From Bacteroidales bacterium (GTDB lineage Bacteria; Bacteroidota; Bacteroidia; Bacteroidales; F082), in contig JAOZNY010000002.1 in NCBI GenBank assembly GCA_029933565.1, positions 1 to 41,969 of the forward strand: a stretch of DNA of 41,969 bases. Direction: 5' to 3'. Below are positions 25,373 through 34,731 of this stretch, one piece after another. Every line of letters starts with the position of its first letter. Within the stretch, counting starts at the first letter, position 1. A program made the position numbers and the translations under genes. Below the pieces are notes generated by a model. The model worked only from the letters and a program-made list of their open reading frames with translations, did no database searches and was not told the DNA's origin.

Positions 25373-28300
25373 CTAAAATGTCTCAAGTTTTATTAATACA
25401 AATAGTTTATTGGAGGTGTTTTTTGCCTGTCCAATTTCTTCAAAACTTAGGTTGTGAATTTTTGCTATTTCCCTAATATTACTTTCTGAAATAAATTCGA
25501 GTTTGTGTTCTGCTTTATTGAAACCAAATTTAGTGGAGAAGAATTCCGTAAGTTTTGTTGCCTTATGTTCTTTTTGTTGCTCTTTGTCACCATCGCGGAT
25601 AATTAGCATTCCTTGTTTATTCAGTTTGTTAATGCACTTTTCCAGCAAGTTGCGTTGTTCCTTGCCAGGAAGGTAGTGCAAAGTGTCTTTTATAATTATT
25701 ACATCTGATTGTTCAATTTCAAAATTAGTAATATCGGCAGTAACAAAATTTACATTTTTATTTTTAATGGCGCAGTTTGCAGCAACGGCAATCTTTTGCT
25801 CATCGTAGTCAACGGCAGTTATCTGGCGCTTTGCCGAAACAAGATTGAGTAAATAATCTAGATAGCCATAACCGCAACCCAAATCAGTTATTTTGCATTC
25901 CCTTGGTATCAATTCATTAAAAATATTGTAATTGTCCTCAATCTTCAGTTTTATTAAAGTGTACCACTCAAGAACCGGCCCTTTATAAAGGTAGTTTTTA
26001 CGAATGTAATCGGCAAAAAATTCAGGGTTTTCAAACTCTTCTCTTACTAGGGCATACTCATCCCTGAAATATTCCTGTACACCAATTGTCTGTTCTTTTA
26101 TGGTTTTACCAAATTTTCCTTCATTTAGGTAAATCTTTGGCAGGAACTTAGTGCGTATGGAACCTCTTTTTAGGAAGAACTCACTTTTCTTCAGTAATTG
26201 GTTTTGCCCATGAATTATTATTGGTTGAATAGGGATATTTAGTTTCTCGGCGAGATAGAAGGCTCCCTTGTGGAAACGTTTTATGAAGCCATTATCGTTA
26301 CGATGTCCTTCGGGGTAAATTACCAGCGAATAGCCTTTCTTAATCAATGGCTCTACTTTTTCCAAAACACTTTCATAGCCCTCGTCCGAGGGAATAAAAT
26401 TGGCATATTTCAACGCTTTGCCATAAACAGGGTTGTTGTAATTTTTGTTGTTGGTAAGTACCAGAACTTTTGGGTTTAGCAACATCATCAGCATCAAATC
26501 GATATGCGATTGGTGGTTAGCAATAATAATTGACGGCTCCGAATAATCTTCCCCCAAGGGATTGATAATTGTTTTTTTTGAAAGTACGTTCATGTAAATA
26601 AGAAACCATGTCATTTTGCTGAAAACAACGTGGAAGATGTATTTCTGTTTGTCTTCATTTAGAGGTATAAGTTTGAAAATAATCGACAGTAAGGTCATAA
26701 AAACAGCACCAAACATAAATGTAAATAGTGAGGCTATTGAAAAAATGAAATCAAGTAAAGTTACAGGCCGGTTTCTTAGACCCATTTTATAACTTACCAG
26801 CCATTTAAAAATAGAAGGTAAAAGAATAAAATTTACGATAACAACACTAAATATCCCAATTATCGACATTAGTGCAATTGACTGAAGCGCTGGGTGTTTG
26901 GCAAAAATTAACACGCCAATTCCAGCCAAAGTAGTAATCATTGAGAGTAGTACCGATACTTTGTAAGATGTAATATCTTTAGTCCCGTATTTGTATCCCT
27001 GCAGCAAACCTCTCATTACAAAAATGCTGTAGTCTATTCCAAGTCCGAAAACAAAACTTAGAATTATAATATTGAATATGTTGAAAGAAATGCCAAACAA
27101 ACCCATTATGCCAACTGTCCAAATCCATGAAATTAAAACAGGCAGCATAGTAATGAGGGTTAGTTCAATTCTTCCGTATGCAATTAAAAGAATTAGGAAT
27201 ACAAGGCCAATAGAAATAAAAATGAGTTTGTTGAAATTGTCATTTAAAATGTTCATAAACTCACTTGTAACCAGTCGTTTGTCAACTATCCAAATATCTT
27301 CTTTTCCTTTAAATGCTTGGTAAACTTTCAAAATATCTTCATTGTTACTGCTTACTTTTAGAATATTGATAACAGCGTCGAGAGTATCGGTTTCAATTAG
27401 GTAATTGCCAATAATTTGATTTAAAGTGGGGTTGCTACTGTTTGCTGAAATAGGGGAATAGTTTTTTTCAACCATTTGCGAAAAGCCTTTAACCGCACTT
27501 GGTTTAAAACCTTTTTGTATTGCCTCATTTTTTAACAGACTGTCAGTTTTTATAAATCTACTACTCCAGAAATCTTTCCATCCTGCAATAAGTTGATGTT
27601 GTTCTTTTTTAGGTTTGAGGATGCTGTTGACTGAAGTTGAACTTTTTATTAAACCCAATGATTTGAGACTGTCAATAATTGAAAGTGCCCGATGATTGTT
27701 CATCATTGCTTCGTCAACACTCTTGCCCGGGCTAACAATGTAAATAGTTTTTCTTGAAACCGAACTAATGCTGTTAAGATCCTTTTCAGCCTGTTGAAGT
27801 TTTGGGCTTAAATAGTTATTCTTCATCATGTCGGCATCGAAGGAAACCTGCTTAGAAGTAAACCAAAAAACTATTGTAAGAGCAATAACAGCAACTTTTA
27901 GCAGTGGTATTTTGTGCAGTTGCCAATTTGCAAGTTTGTCGATTATATTTGGTTTAATTTGTTTTTTTTCTTCAATCTTCTTTCCCAGAAAATGTGGCAA
28001 GACAAGCAAAGAAAATCCTGCGGCTGCCAATACGCTCACAGCAGCAAAAACGCCAAGATCGTTGAGTGCTTTTGAGTTGATGAAAAGCAGGCTTAAAAAT
28101 GCTAATGCTGTTGTAATACTGCTCATTGCAATGGGGGTTGAAACATCTCTGAAAAGAGATTTTACATCAGCGTTCTGCCTAAAATGAGACAAAATATGAA
28201 TGGCATAGTCAATAGAAACCCCTAGTAACACAGAGCCAATTCCCAATGCAATTGCCGAAACCTCATGCACAAATGCTCCCAAAAATCCCAAAGCAACAAT

Positions 28301-29218
28301 TGCTCCCATTGCAGCAGGAATAAACACCAGAACTAAACTTCTTTTTTTTCTAAAGAACAGGCTAATAAAGATTAGTAAAAAGGCAAATGCCAGTGAAACC
28401 GTAAGAATAATATCCTTTTTAATTCTCACAGCATTCCCCATCGAAACAGCCGCATTTCCAAAATAACTTACTTCAATATTTTTCGATTTTGTAAGTTCAG
28501 CAATTAATAAGTCAACTCCATCAAAAAGTTCTTTATTAAGTTGGCTATTGCTGTTGCTTACCGCTGTGGCCAGTATTAAAATATTTTTTCCATCCTTAGA
28601 AATAATAAAACCATTCTTAAGTTCAAAGCCATCGCTAATGTTGAATTTCTGTAATTTTTTTAGGGCAATATTTGTTAGGTGGAGAGGATCTGCTAATATT
28701 GTTTTCTTAGTCGCAAAACCAACAGGGCTTGCTAGTAATTTGTAGTTTGCATCAATAGTTTTTTTTATTTGTTCATTAGTAATTAAGGAATCAATTTGCC
28801 GGTAATCTTCCTCCTGCAGAAAAACCGGAAGATTGTTGTTGAAGAAAACAAGAAGGTCCTGCATTTCTTTATTTCCGGGAGCCTTGTCAATCGATTTGAG
28901 GTGCGATGGGATAAAATTGTTTTCAAGTGAATCAGTAAAAATACGGGCAAACTCAATTAAACCAGAGTTCTCAGATTTTATAGTGCTATCTGAAAAGTGA
29001 ATATTGAAAACAAGTTTGTCGAGGAGTTTTGCATTTTCAAAAACAAAACTCATTTTTCCTATTTTTTCATTTTTTGGTAATACCTTGGAAATATCTTCGG
29101 TGAAATTTAGTTTTAAACCATAGAAAACGGAAATTGCTAAAATCAATAACAGAAGGAAAATTGAGATAATTCTGTTGCGAGAACTGAACTTATATAAAAA
29201 CATGAATAAAGTGCTCAT
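25373..29218 (-). CDS. Trifunctional fusion: MMPL/RND-like predicted exporter plus PlsC-type lysophospholipid acyltransferase plus class I SAM-dependent methyltransferase
   Basis: aa 1-~810: two hydrophobic helix bundles, each preceded by a large soluble loop, as in the COG4258/MMPL layout. aa ~880-1050: HX4D (IIANHQSHIDLML) and VIYPEGHR motifs. aa ~1090-1281: methyltransferase motif I (ITDLGCGYGYL) and the post-I acidic residue (AVDYD). It is a single 1281-aa frame. Confidence 0.85.
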   Translation of the reverse strand: MSTLFMFLYKFSSRNRIISIFLLLLILAISVFYGLKLNFTEDISKVLPKNEKIGKMSFVFENAKLLDKLVFNIHFSDSTIKSENSGLIEFARIFTDSLENNFIPSHLKSIDKAPGNKEMQDLLVFFNNNLPVFLQEEDYRQIDSLITNEQIKKTIDANYKLLASPVGFATKKTILADPLHLTNIALKKLQKFNISDGFELKNGFIISKDGKNILILATAVSNSNSQLNKELFDGVDLLIAELTKSKNIEVSYFGNAAVSMGNAVRIKKDIILTVSLAFAFLLIFISLFFRKKRSLVLVFIPAAMGAIVALGFLGAFVHEVSAIALGIGSVLLGVSIDYAIHILSHFRQNADVKSLFRDVSTPIAMSSITTALAFLSLLFINSKALNDLGVFAAVSVLAAAGFSLLVLPHFLGKKIEEKKQIKPNIIDKLANWQLHKIPLLKVAVIALTIVFWFTSKQVSFDADMMKNNYLSPKLQQAEKDLNSISSVSRKTIYIVSPGKSVDEAMMNNHRALSIIDSLKSLGLIKSSTSVNSILKPKKEQHQLIAGWKDFWSSRFIKTDSLLKNEAIQKGFKPSAVKGFSQMVEKNYSPISANSSNPTLNQIIGNYLIETDTLDAVINILKVSSNNEDILKVYQAFKGKEDIWIVDKRLVTSEFMNILNDNFNKLIFISIGLVFLILLIAYGRIELTLITMLPVLISWIWTVGIMGLFGISFNIFNIIILSFVFGLGIDYSIFVMRGLLQGYKYGTKDITSYKVSVLLSMITTLAGIGVLIFAKHPALQSIALMSIIGIFSVVIVNFILLPSIFKWLVSYKMGLRNRPVTLLDFIFSIASLFTFMFGAVFMTLLSIIFKLIPLNEDKQKYIFHVVFSKMTWFLIYMNVLSKKTIINPLGEDYSEPSIIIANHQSHIDLMLMMLLNPKVLVLTNNKNYNNPVYGKALKYANFIPSDEGYESVLEKVEPLIKKGYSLVIYPEGHRNDNGFIKRFHKGAFYLAEKLNIPIQPIIIHGQNQLLKKSEFFLKRGSIRTKFLPKIYLNEGKFGKTIKEQTIGVQEYFRDEYALVREEFENPEFFADYIRKNYLYKGPVLEWYTLIKLKIEDNYNIFNELIPRECKITDLGCGYGYLDYLLNLVSAKRQITAVDYDEQKIAVAANCAIKNKNVNFVTADITNFEIEQSDVIIIKDTLHYLPGKEQRNLLEKCINKLNKQGMLIIRDGDKEQQKEHKATKLTEFFSTKFGFNKAEHKLEFISESNIREIAKIHNLSFEEIGQAKNTSNKLFVLIKLETF

Positions 29219-30435
29219 GATTTTTGTTCGGTTTTTTTAGAATTGAAAATCCTTATCAAGATATAGGCAATAAATGAGACCCCAATTCCGGCAAACAGCC
29301 CAAGAACCAGACTGCCTGTAACATATTGCAGAATACTATAACCAAACTCATTTAGTGTTTTATAGAAATGTCCATCAAGTACCTGCTGCTTTAACTGACG
29401 TAGAGTCTCAGAGTTGAATTCAACACTATTGTTGAAGAAAAGTCCACCTGTTTTATAACTAAAATAAATTATAAATGGTATTGCAGGCGGTATGCTAACA
29501 TTAGAAAAGGCAAGTACCAGGAACTTATTTAGCCGTAATGCATGAGCCAGAAAAACGGCAATTAGCATTTGAAAGCCCCAAATTGGTGTAAAACCCATAA
29601 AAACCCCAAAGCCCATGGCGGCTGAAATTTTTAAGGGGTTTTCATTGTGGAGCATTATTTGTTCCTTGATCACAGTGGTAAACCTGTTGTTCATCAGGTA
29701 TTTGAATGCCTTTAGGGGAATAATGTATAAATATGTAATTAGAACAAGAAAAGTGTTAAGTATGCTGATCCTTGTGAAATCTTTGAGTGGTTTAAAATGA
29801 CTTACCCTTTCGTCTTCGGGAGGGTAGTAAACTTTAATTGGTATAGGTATTGTTTTTATTTCACTCCAGTTTGATCTTACTAAAACCTCAATTTCAAATT
29901 CGTATTTTGTTGTAAACCACCTAGTCTTTTTATATTTATGTATCGGGTAAAGCCTCATTCCTGATTGTGTATCCGGCAATTTCTGACCAGTTTCTGCCCA
30001 ATACCAAAAGTTTGAAAATTTGTTGGCAAATGTGTTCTTTCCTGGCATTCCTTCGGCTTCAATATTTCGACTGCCAATTAGCAATGCTTCGGGCTGCTCC
30101 TGATGTTTCTTTAATAAAACTTCAATGTCTTCAGTGTAATGCTGCCCGTCAGAGTCGATGGTGATGGCATAGTCAAAGCCACTGCTTAATGCAGCATCAA
30201 ATCCTTTTCTAATTGCGTAGCCTTTGCCTTTATTTTGAGTGTAACTTATTGTTTTAATGCCATTAATGCCTTTTAAAACTTCTAATGTTTCGTCGGTTGA
30301 ACCATCGTTTATAACAAAAACATTTTTGCATATTTGTAGTGTTCCACTAACAACTTCACCAATTGTTTTGGCATTGTTGTAGGTGGGGATAATTACACAA
30401 ACCTTATTGTTGTTTTTGCTTAAACTTTCTGTCAT
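29215..30435 (-). CDS. GT2 glycosyltransferase (polyprenyl-phosphate/DPM1-GtrB-like) fused to a DUF2062 membrane domain
   Basis: VCVIIPTYNNAKTI, NDGSTDET and the DxD-type TIDSDGQH are GT2-A fold motifs. The C-terminal AAMGFGVFMGFTPIWGFQMLIAVFLAHALRLNK...SNVSIPP matches the DUF2062 pattern. Its stop overlaps the next gene's start (ATGA at 29215-29218). Confidence 0.85.
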   Translation of the reverse strand: MTESLSKNNNKVCVIIPTYNNAKTIGEVVSGTLQICKNVFVINDGSTDETLEVLKGINGIKTISYTQNKGKGYAIRKGFDAALSSGFDYAITIDSDGQHYTEDIEVLLKKHQEQPEALLIGSRNIEAEGMPGKNTFANKFSNFWYWAETGQKLPDTQSGMRLYPIHKYKKTRWFTTKYEFEIEVLVRSNWSEIKTIPIPIKVYYPPEDERVSHFKPLKDFTRISILNTFLVLITYLYIIPLKAFKYLMNNRFTTVIKEQIMLHNENPLKISAAMGFGVFMGFTPIWGFQMLIAVFLAHALRLNKFLVLAFSNVSIPPAIPFIIYFSYKTGGLFFNNSVEFNSETLRQLKQQVLDGHFYKTLNEFGYSILQYVTGSLVLGLFAGIGVSFIAYILIRIFNSKKTEQKS

Positions 30436-30465
30436 TAGAGTGTTTTGAACAACTGCAAATCTAAG

Positions 30466-30473
30466 AAAGAAAT
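30466..30473 (-). promoter_or_regulatory. Candidate -7 box (TAGATTTG) for the GT2/MMPL operon
   Basis: TAnnTTTG on the minus strand, 31 nt upstream of the ATG at 30435. Confidence 0.45.
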
Positions 30474-30505
30474 AGAATAAAAAAGCCCTGTTATTTTGTT
30501 TCTAT

Positions 30506-31267
30506 TTATTGCAGAATATCGGGCAAAGCCCATGTATTAATCAACTTTGAATACCGTGATTTTGTGAGTTGGATTAATATTGGTTTTTTAGTTTGATCAA
30601 GCCAAAATGCAGTTTTTACCATATTTTCAGGTGACATAGCCGTACAGCCTGCTGTTGTGCCATTAGGTTTTGCCCAGTTGTGAATAAAGATACAAGAGCC
30701 TGCGCCATTTTTGACTGGGTTGGTATTGTGGTCAACCGTAACGCCCAATTCATAGTAAATGCCCATGGAGGCCATCTTTTCCGACGATTCCCAATCAATC
30801 TTTAATGTGTCATTGGATACTAAGGTGTTGTAGTGTATTGATTTAGCATCGTCAATACACTCAACCATTTCGTTAAGTTGGAGGTAAGGCATTTTTAGTT
30901 CACCAATTTCAATGGCTGTTTTATATCCAAAAATCGAACTCAAGGCAAACACACCTGCAGGGCTTTTTCCGTCCCCTTCTTTTTTTATGGGAAAACCTTT
31001 CGGGTTGTTATCTGAGTGCAGACCACTTCCCCAGCCTAGTCCATTTCTGCCAATGGCGATGGGGATTGCTTCCATTTCAGTTTTCCATTCAGATGATGAA
31101 TCATTACGTTCAAAATAATACATGGTTCCCGTATTGGATTCGGCAGATGCCGTTAAAACCAAGATCGCCTGTTGGCAGGAAGCAGGGATTGGACTATTTA
31201 TTTGAGAGTAAGCAAAAAGGCTTGAAAATATTATGATTACTGTAAGTAGGAGATATTGTTTTTTCAT
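30506..31267 (-). CDS. Secreted L,D-transpeptidase (YkuD) catalytic-domain family protein
   Basis: The H...GC active-site arrangement (GSCIFIHNWAKPNGTTAGCTAM). The ATG at 31267 gives a clean signal peptide (MKKQYLLLTVIIIFSSLFAYSQ). The track start at 31294 is a GTG extension. Confidence 0.7.
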   Translation of the reverse strand: MKKQYLLLTVIIIFSSLFAYSQINSPIPASCQQAILVLTASAESNTGTMYYFERNDSSSEWKTEMEAIPIAIGRNGLGWGSGLHSDNNPKGFPIKKEGDGKSPAGVFALSSIFGYKTAIEIGELKMPYLQLNEMVECIDDAKSIHYNTLVSNDTLKIDWESSEKMASMGIYYELGVTVDHNTNPVKNGAGSCIFIHNWAKPNGTTAGCTAMSPENMVKTAFWLDQTKKPILIQLTKSRYSKLINTWALPDILQ

Positions 31268-31403
31268 GAGTATTTGTTTTTTAATGGATGACACTGTGCC
31301 ATGGTCGCTTTAATTATTTTCAATAATTATACTTATGAGTAATTAAAGTAAAATAACCTCTATGCTTTGAATAAATTGCGTAGTGTATAAATTCGTATAA
31401 GCA

Positions 31404-31823
31404 TTAAGCATGGATTAACTTCACAAAACTTTCTGGAGTTAATACCCCAATCTCACTTTTCTTATAATCTTTAACATTTCGGGTAATAATTACTTCTATT
31501 TCTCCATAGTTTATTGCGGCGAAGTTTTGTAAAGCATCTTCAAAGTCTTTAAATTCTGAATTAAGTGCTTTTTCTATCACTAGTCTGTCTATTTGCAGAA
31601 CATGTGTTATTGTCAATAATTGCTTTATTTTTTCAATAACTTTTTCATGTTTTGCAGTCCTACGCAATAAATAGTAAGTATTGCTAATTATTACTGGTGT
31701 AATAAATCCGTCCAGTAGTCCTCGTTCACAAAGACTTAGTATTATTGATGAATTGTCTGAATGAGGTTTTCTATCGAAGAAAAAGTCAAGTATTACATCT
31801 GTGTCAATCAATACTTTTTTCAT
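31404..31823 (-). CDS. PIN-domain toxin (VapC-like)
   Basis: The N-terminal MKKVLIDTDVILDF is typical of PIN domains, with later acidic residues (DFEDALQ) and 139 aa. There is an ATGA overlap with the upstream antitoxin gene. Confidence 0.85.
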   Translation of the reverse strand: MKKVLIDTDVILDFFFDRKPHSDNSSIILSLCERGLLDGFITPVIISNTYYLLRRTAKHEKVIEKIKQLLTITHVLQIDRLVIEKALNSEFKDFEDALQNFAAINYGEIEVIITRNVKDYKKSEIGVLTPESFVKLIHA

Positions 31824-32068
31824 ACCATGTATTTTTCAGATAGTCCTTTTGATAATTCTTTTTTATAATCAAAAGATTCAGGTGATTTGAAACTTCCACG
31901 TAATGAATTTACAAGAGGTGAAATATCTTCAACAATTCTCTTTTCCGTTGTAATGGCTTTAAGATAATTTTCTATTATATCTGATAAACTACGTCCTTTC
32001 TCTTTCGCATATGATTTTGCTTTTTCGATAACGGACTGTTCGATTGTCAATGTTAATTTTGTATTCAT
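31820..32068 (-). CDS. Antitoxin of the PIN toxin (DUF6364/RHH-like, tentative)
   Basis: 82 aa. The N-terminal TKLTLTIEQSVIEKAKSYAKEKGRSLSDIIENYLK is a ribbon-helix-helix-like pattern. It overlaps the toxin start by 4 nt. Confidence 0.65.
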   Translation of the reverse strand: MNTKLTLTIEQSVIEKAKSYAKEKGRSLSDIIENYLKAITTEKRIVEDISPLVNSLRGSFKSPESFDYKKELSKGLSEKYMV

Positions 32069-32093
32069 GAGTCAATATTTTATATTATACGTG

Positions 32094-32101
32094 CAAAGAT
32101 A
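32094..32101 (-). promoter_or_regulatory. Candidate -7 box (TATCTTTG) for the PIN toxin-antitoxin operon
   Basis: TAnnTTTG on the minus strand, 26 nt upstream of the ATG at 32068. It is embedded in repeated CGTGCAAA words (32090-32097 and 32118-32125). Confidence 0.4.
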
Positions 32102-32296
32102 ATATAAATAACACGTCCGTGCAAATTTAATTTAGTTTACACGTGTTTCTTATGCTCAGCGTTAAGGGTTGACACTATTACCAGTTGGCCTTCTCCAGAA
32201 GTATGTTTTTTGTATGTTCAAATTTACAATTCATTTTCTTCAATAACAGTTATTTGATTTTCTTGTTAACCTTTTTACTTTTTCTACGGCAAAATT

Positions 32297-32329
32297 AAGG
32301 GCAGCCCGACCAATGCCGGACTGCCCTTT
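32297..32329 (-). terminator. GC-rich hairpin downstream of the phosphate transporter gene
   Basis: aagggcag...ctgccctt is an 8-bp perfect outer stem with inner cc(c)g/cgg pairing. On the minus strand it is followed by taattttgcc. It lies about 24 nt after the stop at 32353. Confidence 0.6.
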
Positions 32330-32352
32330 GAAATAATTTCTATTTTCAAAAC

Positions 32353-34650
32353 TTATTTTGAATTTGATTGATAGTCAGAAAAATCTCGATACGATTTATA
32401 AAGGTTAACTAAATTCAAACTCATATTTCTCCACTCATCAATAAGGTGCAAGTAAAGCACACTATTCTTAGTACCCGCTTTTGCAGCTTTTAGTCTACGG
32501 AACTGAGTCTTCGTATTCTTTTTAATGGCATCCATAAGTTTAGTCTGAGAATTCAGAATAGCCTCTTCATCCGCCTGTGCCGGATTTTTAATACTAAGTA
32601 CAATTCTTGATGATAAATCAGCTGATAAAGTACAGAGATCTTTCAACTCATCAATTTGTTCCTTTAAAAGAGGCTTGTGATTATTGTCGACATGCTCAAT
32701 TACAGGTTTGATTATGAAAGTGGCATTATGCATAATTTCACGTAAATAGTCAAGTACCTGTACAAAGTAAAAATCTGTATCGGTGTCGTCTCTAAGTTTG
32801 TTAATTATAACGCCTAAATTATCCTTTAAATATTTAGTGCGGCTTGTAACTGAGGCTATTTCTTTCTTAGAGGCCTTTAGTCCTTTAAGATCTTCTTTTT
32901 CCATGTTCTTGATAACAGCCTTTAATTGCTTAACAACAACCTCCAGATTTTTGGTAATTGTTTTAGCAGACTTCTCAACAATGGTGTTATCCGAAACATC
33001 TTCAATCTCATTATCTTCAATTTTATTATTTTTATTCTTGTGATGAATATGAGTTCGGTAAGCAACATAAATTACTACTCCAACCATTGCTATAATTGCA
33101 TAAAAGCCACCTGCATTTAAGATTAAAACGATTATAAATGCTGCAATAAATGCTGTAAGTGCTGTAAGAAACCAGCCACCTACCACTGCAATTACACCGG
33201 CAACTCTATAAACAGCACTTTCCCTTCCCCATGCATTATCGGCCAACGAGGTGCCCATGGCCACCATAAATGTTACATAAGTTGTTGATAGGGGTAATTT
33301 TAAAGAAGTTCCAAATGCTATTAGAATACTTGCAACCACCAGGTTGACAGATGCCCTGATGAGGTCAAAGGCCGGTATCTCATCTTGTTTTTTAACATCT
33401 ACTTTCAAGGGCTCAAATTGTTTATTCGCCCAGTTAATTAAAGAATCAGGCAGCACTTTTGATATTCCATTGTTAATATTGATGCCTGTCCTTACCATTG
33501 ATCTGGAAATTACTGTAGGCTGAAATCTCTCATCTCCCATTCCCTGACGGCTAAGATCCAGTGATGTTTTAACTACAGATTTAGCCTTTTTGGAGAAGAA
33601 AAGAGTTAATACCATTATCAGTCCAGCTAAAATTAGGAATAAAACAGGCGTTGCCACCTTACCACTCATAGAAACCATTAACAAATCATCGGGATTAACT
33701 GATGGGTCGGCCATCCAGGCCATAAATGATGAATATCCTGCCAAAGGAACACCAATAAAGTTTACAAGGTCGTTTCCTGCAAAAGCCATAGCCAATGAGA
33801 AAGTACCAACAAGAACCACTAGTTTAAGAATATTCAGTTTAAAAAACCACTGGAATATTTGTAGGAATATTGTCCAACCAATAAAACTGATTGCCATAAT
33901 TTGCCATGTGTTAGCAACAAACCAATCTTTAAGTTCTGGGGTCATAAATGAAGCTCCTTTGGCACCTTTGATAAAAATAAAAAAGGTAATTATTGAGAAT
34001 GCCAATCCACCCCAAATAGCACCAAACCACTTAATTCTTACTTTATAATTGAATGAAAACACAAGTCGGGTGAAATACTGAATTATGGCTCCAACAGAAA
34101 AGGCTACAATAACCGAAAGAAAAATCCCGGAAATAATAGCCAGTGCCTTGGAAGTATTTATAAAGTCGGCCACATTTATTTCGCTAGTAATATCCCGTAA
34201 CATATTATTATCGACCATAAATTGTTTTATGGGTAATAAAGATTCGGGTGAACCCCACATAAGTTTTACGGTAGCCATACCTACAGCAGCACCTAAAAGT
34301 TCAAAAACAATTGATACGGTTGTGGATGTTGGCATGCCCAATGTATTAAAGCCATCCAGTAGGATTACATCAGTAATCATTACTGCTAAAAATATGAGCA
34401 TTATCTCCGAAAAATAAAACATTGAAGGATTAAATATCCCTTTACGGGCTACTTCCATCATTCCCTGAGAAAAAACAGCTCCAAACAAAACACCAAAAGC
34501 AGCAATAATCATTATTGTCCTGAATGAGGCAACCTTTGATCCAATTGCTGAGTTTAAAAAATTCACAGCATCGTTGCTAACTCCAACAATAAGGTCGGAA
34601 ATAGCAAGTAGTACAAGAATAATTACAAGTACTAAGTAAATGGTTTCCAT
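32353..34650 (-). CDS. PiT (PHO4) family inorganic phosphate transporter with a long C-terminal helical (PhoU-like) cytoplasmic domain
   Basis: Duplicated PiT signature (GVSNDAVNFLNSAIGS near the N-terminus, AGNDLVNFIGVPLAG mid-protein). About 540 aa are membrane-embedded, followed by ~220 aa of charged helical sequence. Confidence 0.85.
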   Translation of the reverse strand: METIYLVLVIILVLLAISDLIVGVSNDAVNFLNSAIGSKVASFRTIMIIAAFGVLFGAVFSQGMMEVARKGIFNPSMFYFSEIMLIFLAVMITDVILLDGFNTLGMPTSTTVSIVFELLGAAVGMATVKLMWGSPESLLPIKQFMVDNNMLRDITSEINVADFINTSKALAIISGIFLSVIVAFSVGAIIQYFTRLVFSFNYKVRIKWFGAIWGGLAFSIITFFIFIKGAKGASFMTPELKDWFVANTWQIMAISFIGWTIFLQIFQWFFKLNILKLVVLVGTFSLAMAFAGNDLVNFIGVPLAGYSSFMAWMADPSVNPDDLLMVSMSGKVATPVLFLILAGLIMVLTLFFSKKAKSVVKTSLDLSRQGMGDERFQPTVISRSMVRTGININNGISKVLPDSLINWANKQFEPLKVDVKKQDEIPAFDLIRASVNLVVASILIAFGTSLKLPLSTTYVTFMVAMGTSLADNAWGRESAVYRVAGVIAVVGGWFLTALTAFIAAFIIVLILNAGGFYAIIAMVGVVIYVAYRTHIHHKNKNNKIEDNEIEDVSDNTIVEKSAKTITKNLEVVVKQLKAVIKNMEKEDLKGLKASKKEIASVTSRTKYLKDNLGVIINKLRDDTDTDFYFVQVLDYLREIMHNATFIIKPVIEHVDNNHKPLLKEQIDELKDLCTLSADLSSRIVLSIKNPAQADEEAILNSQTKLMDAIKKNTKTQFRRLKAAKAGTKNSVLYLHLIDEWRNMSLNLVNLYKSYRDFSDYQSNSK

Positions 34651-34731
34651 ATTAATTTGATTAATTTTTTATATTTTGCAAAAGAACTTTTTTTGATTGT
34701 CATATACATTAAGAAATTGTTAAGAAATTCA

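Noticed and set aside
31268-31294. GTG-initiated 9-aa extension of the L,D-transpeptidase-like ORF
   Set aside because: The ATG at 31267 yields a standard signal peptide (MKKQYLLL...). The extension adds charged residues before it without support.
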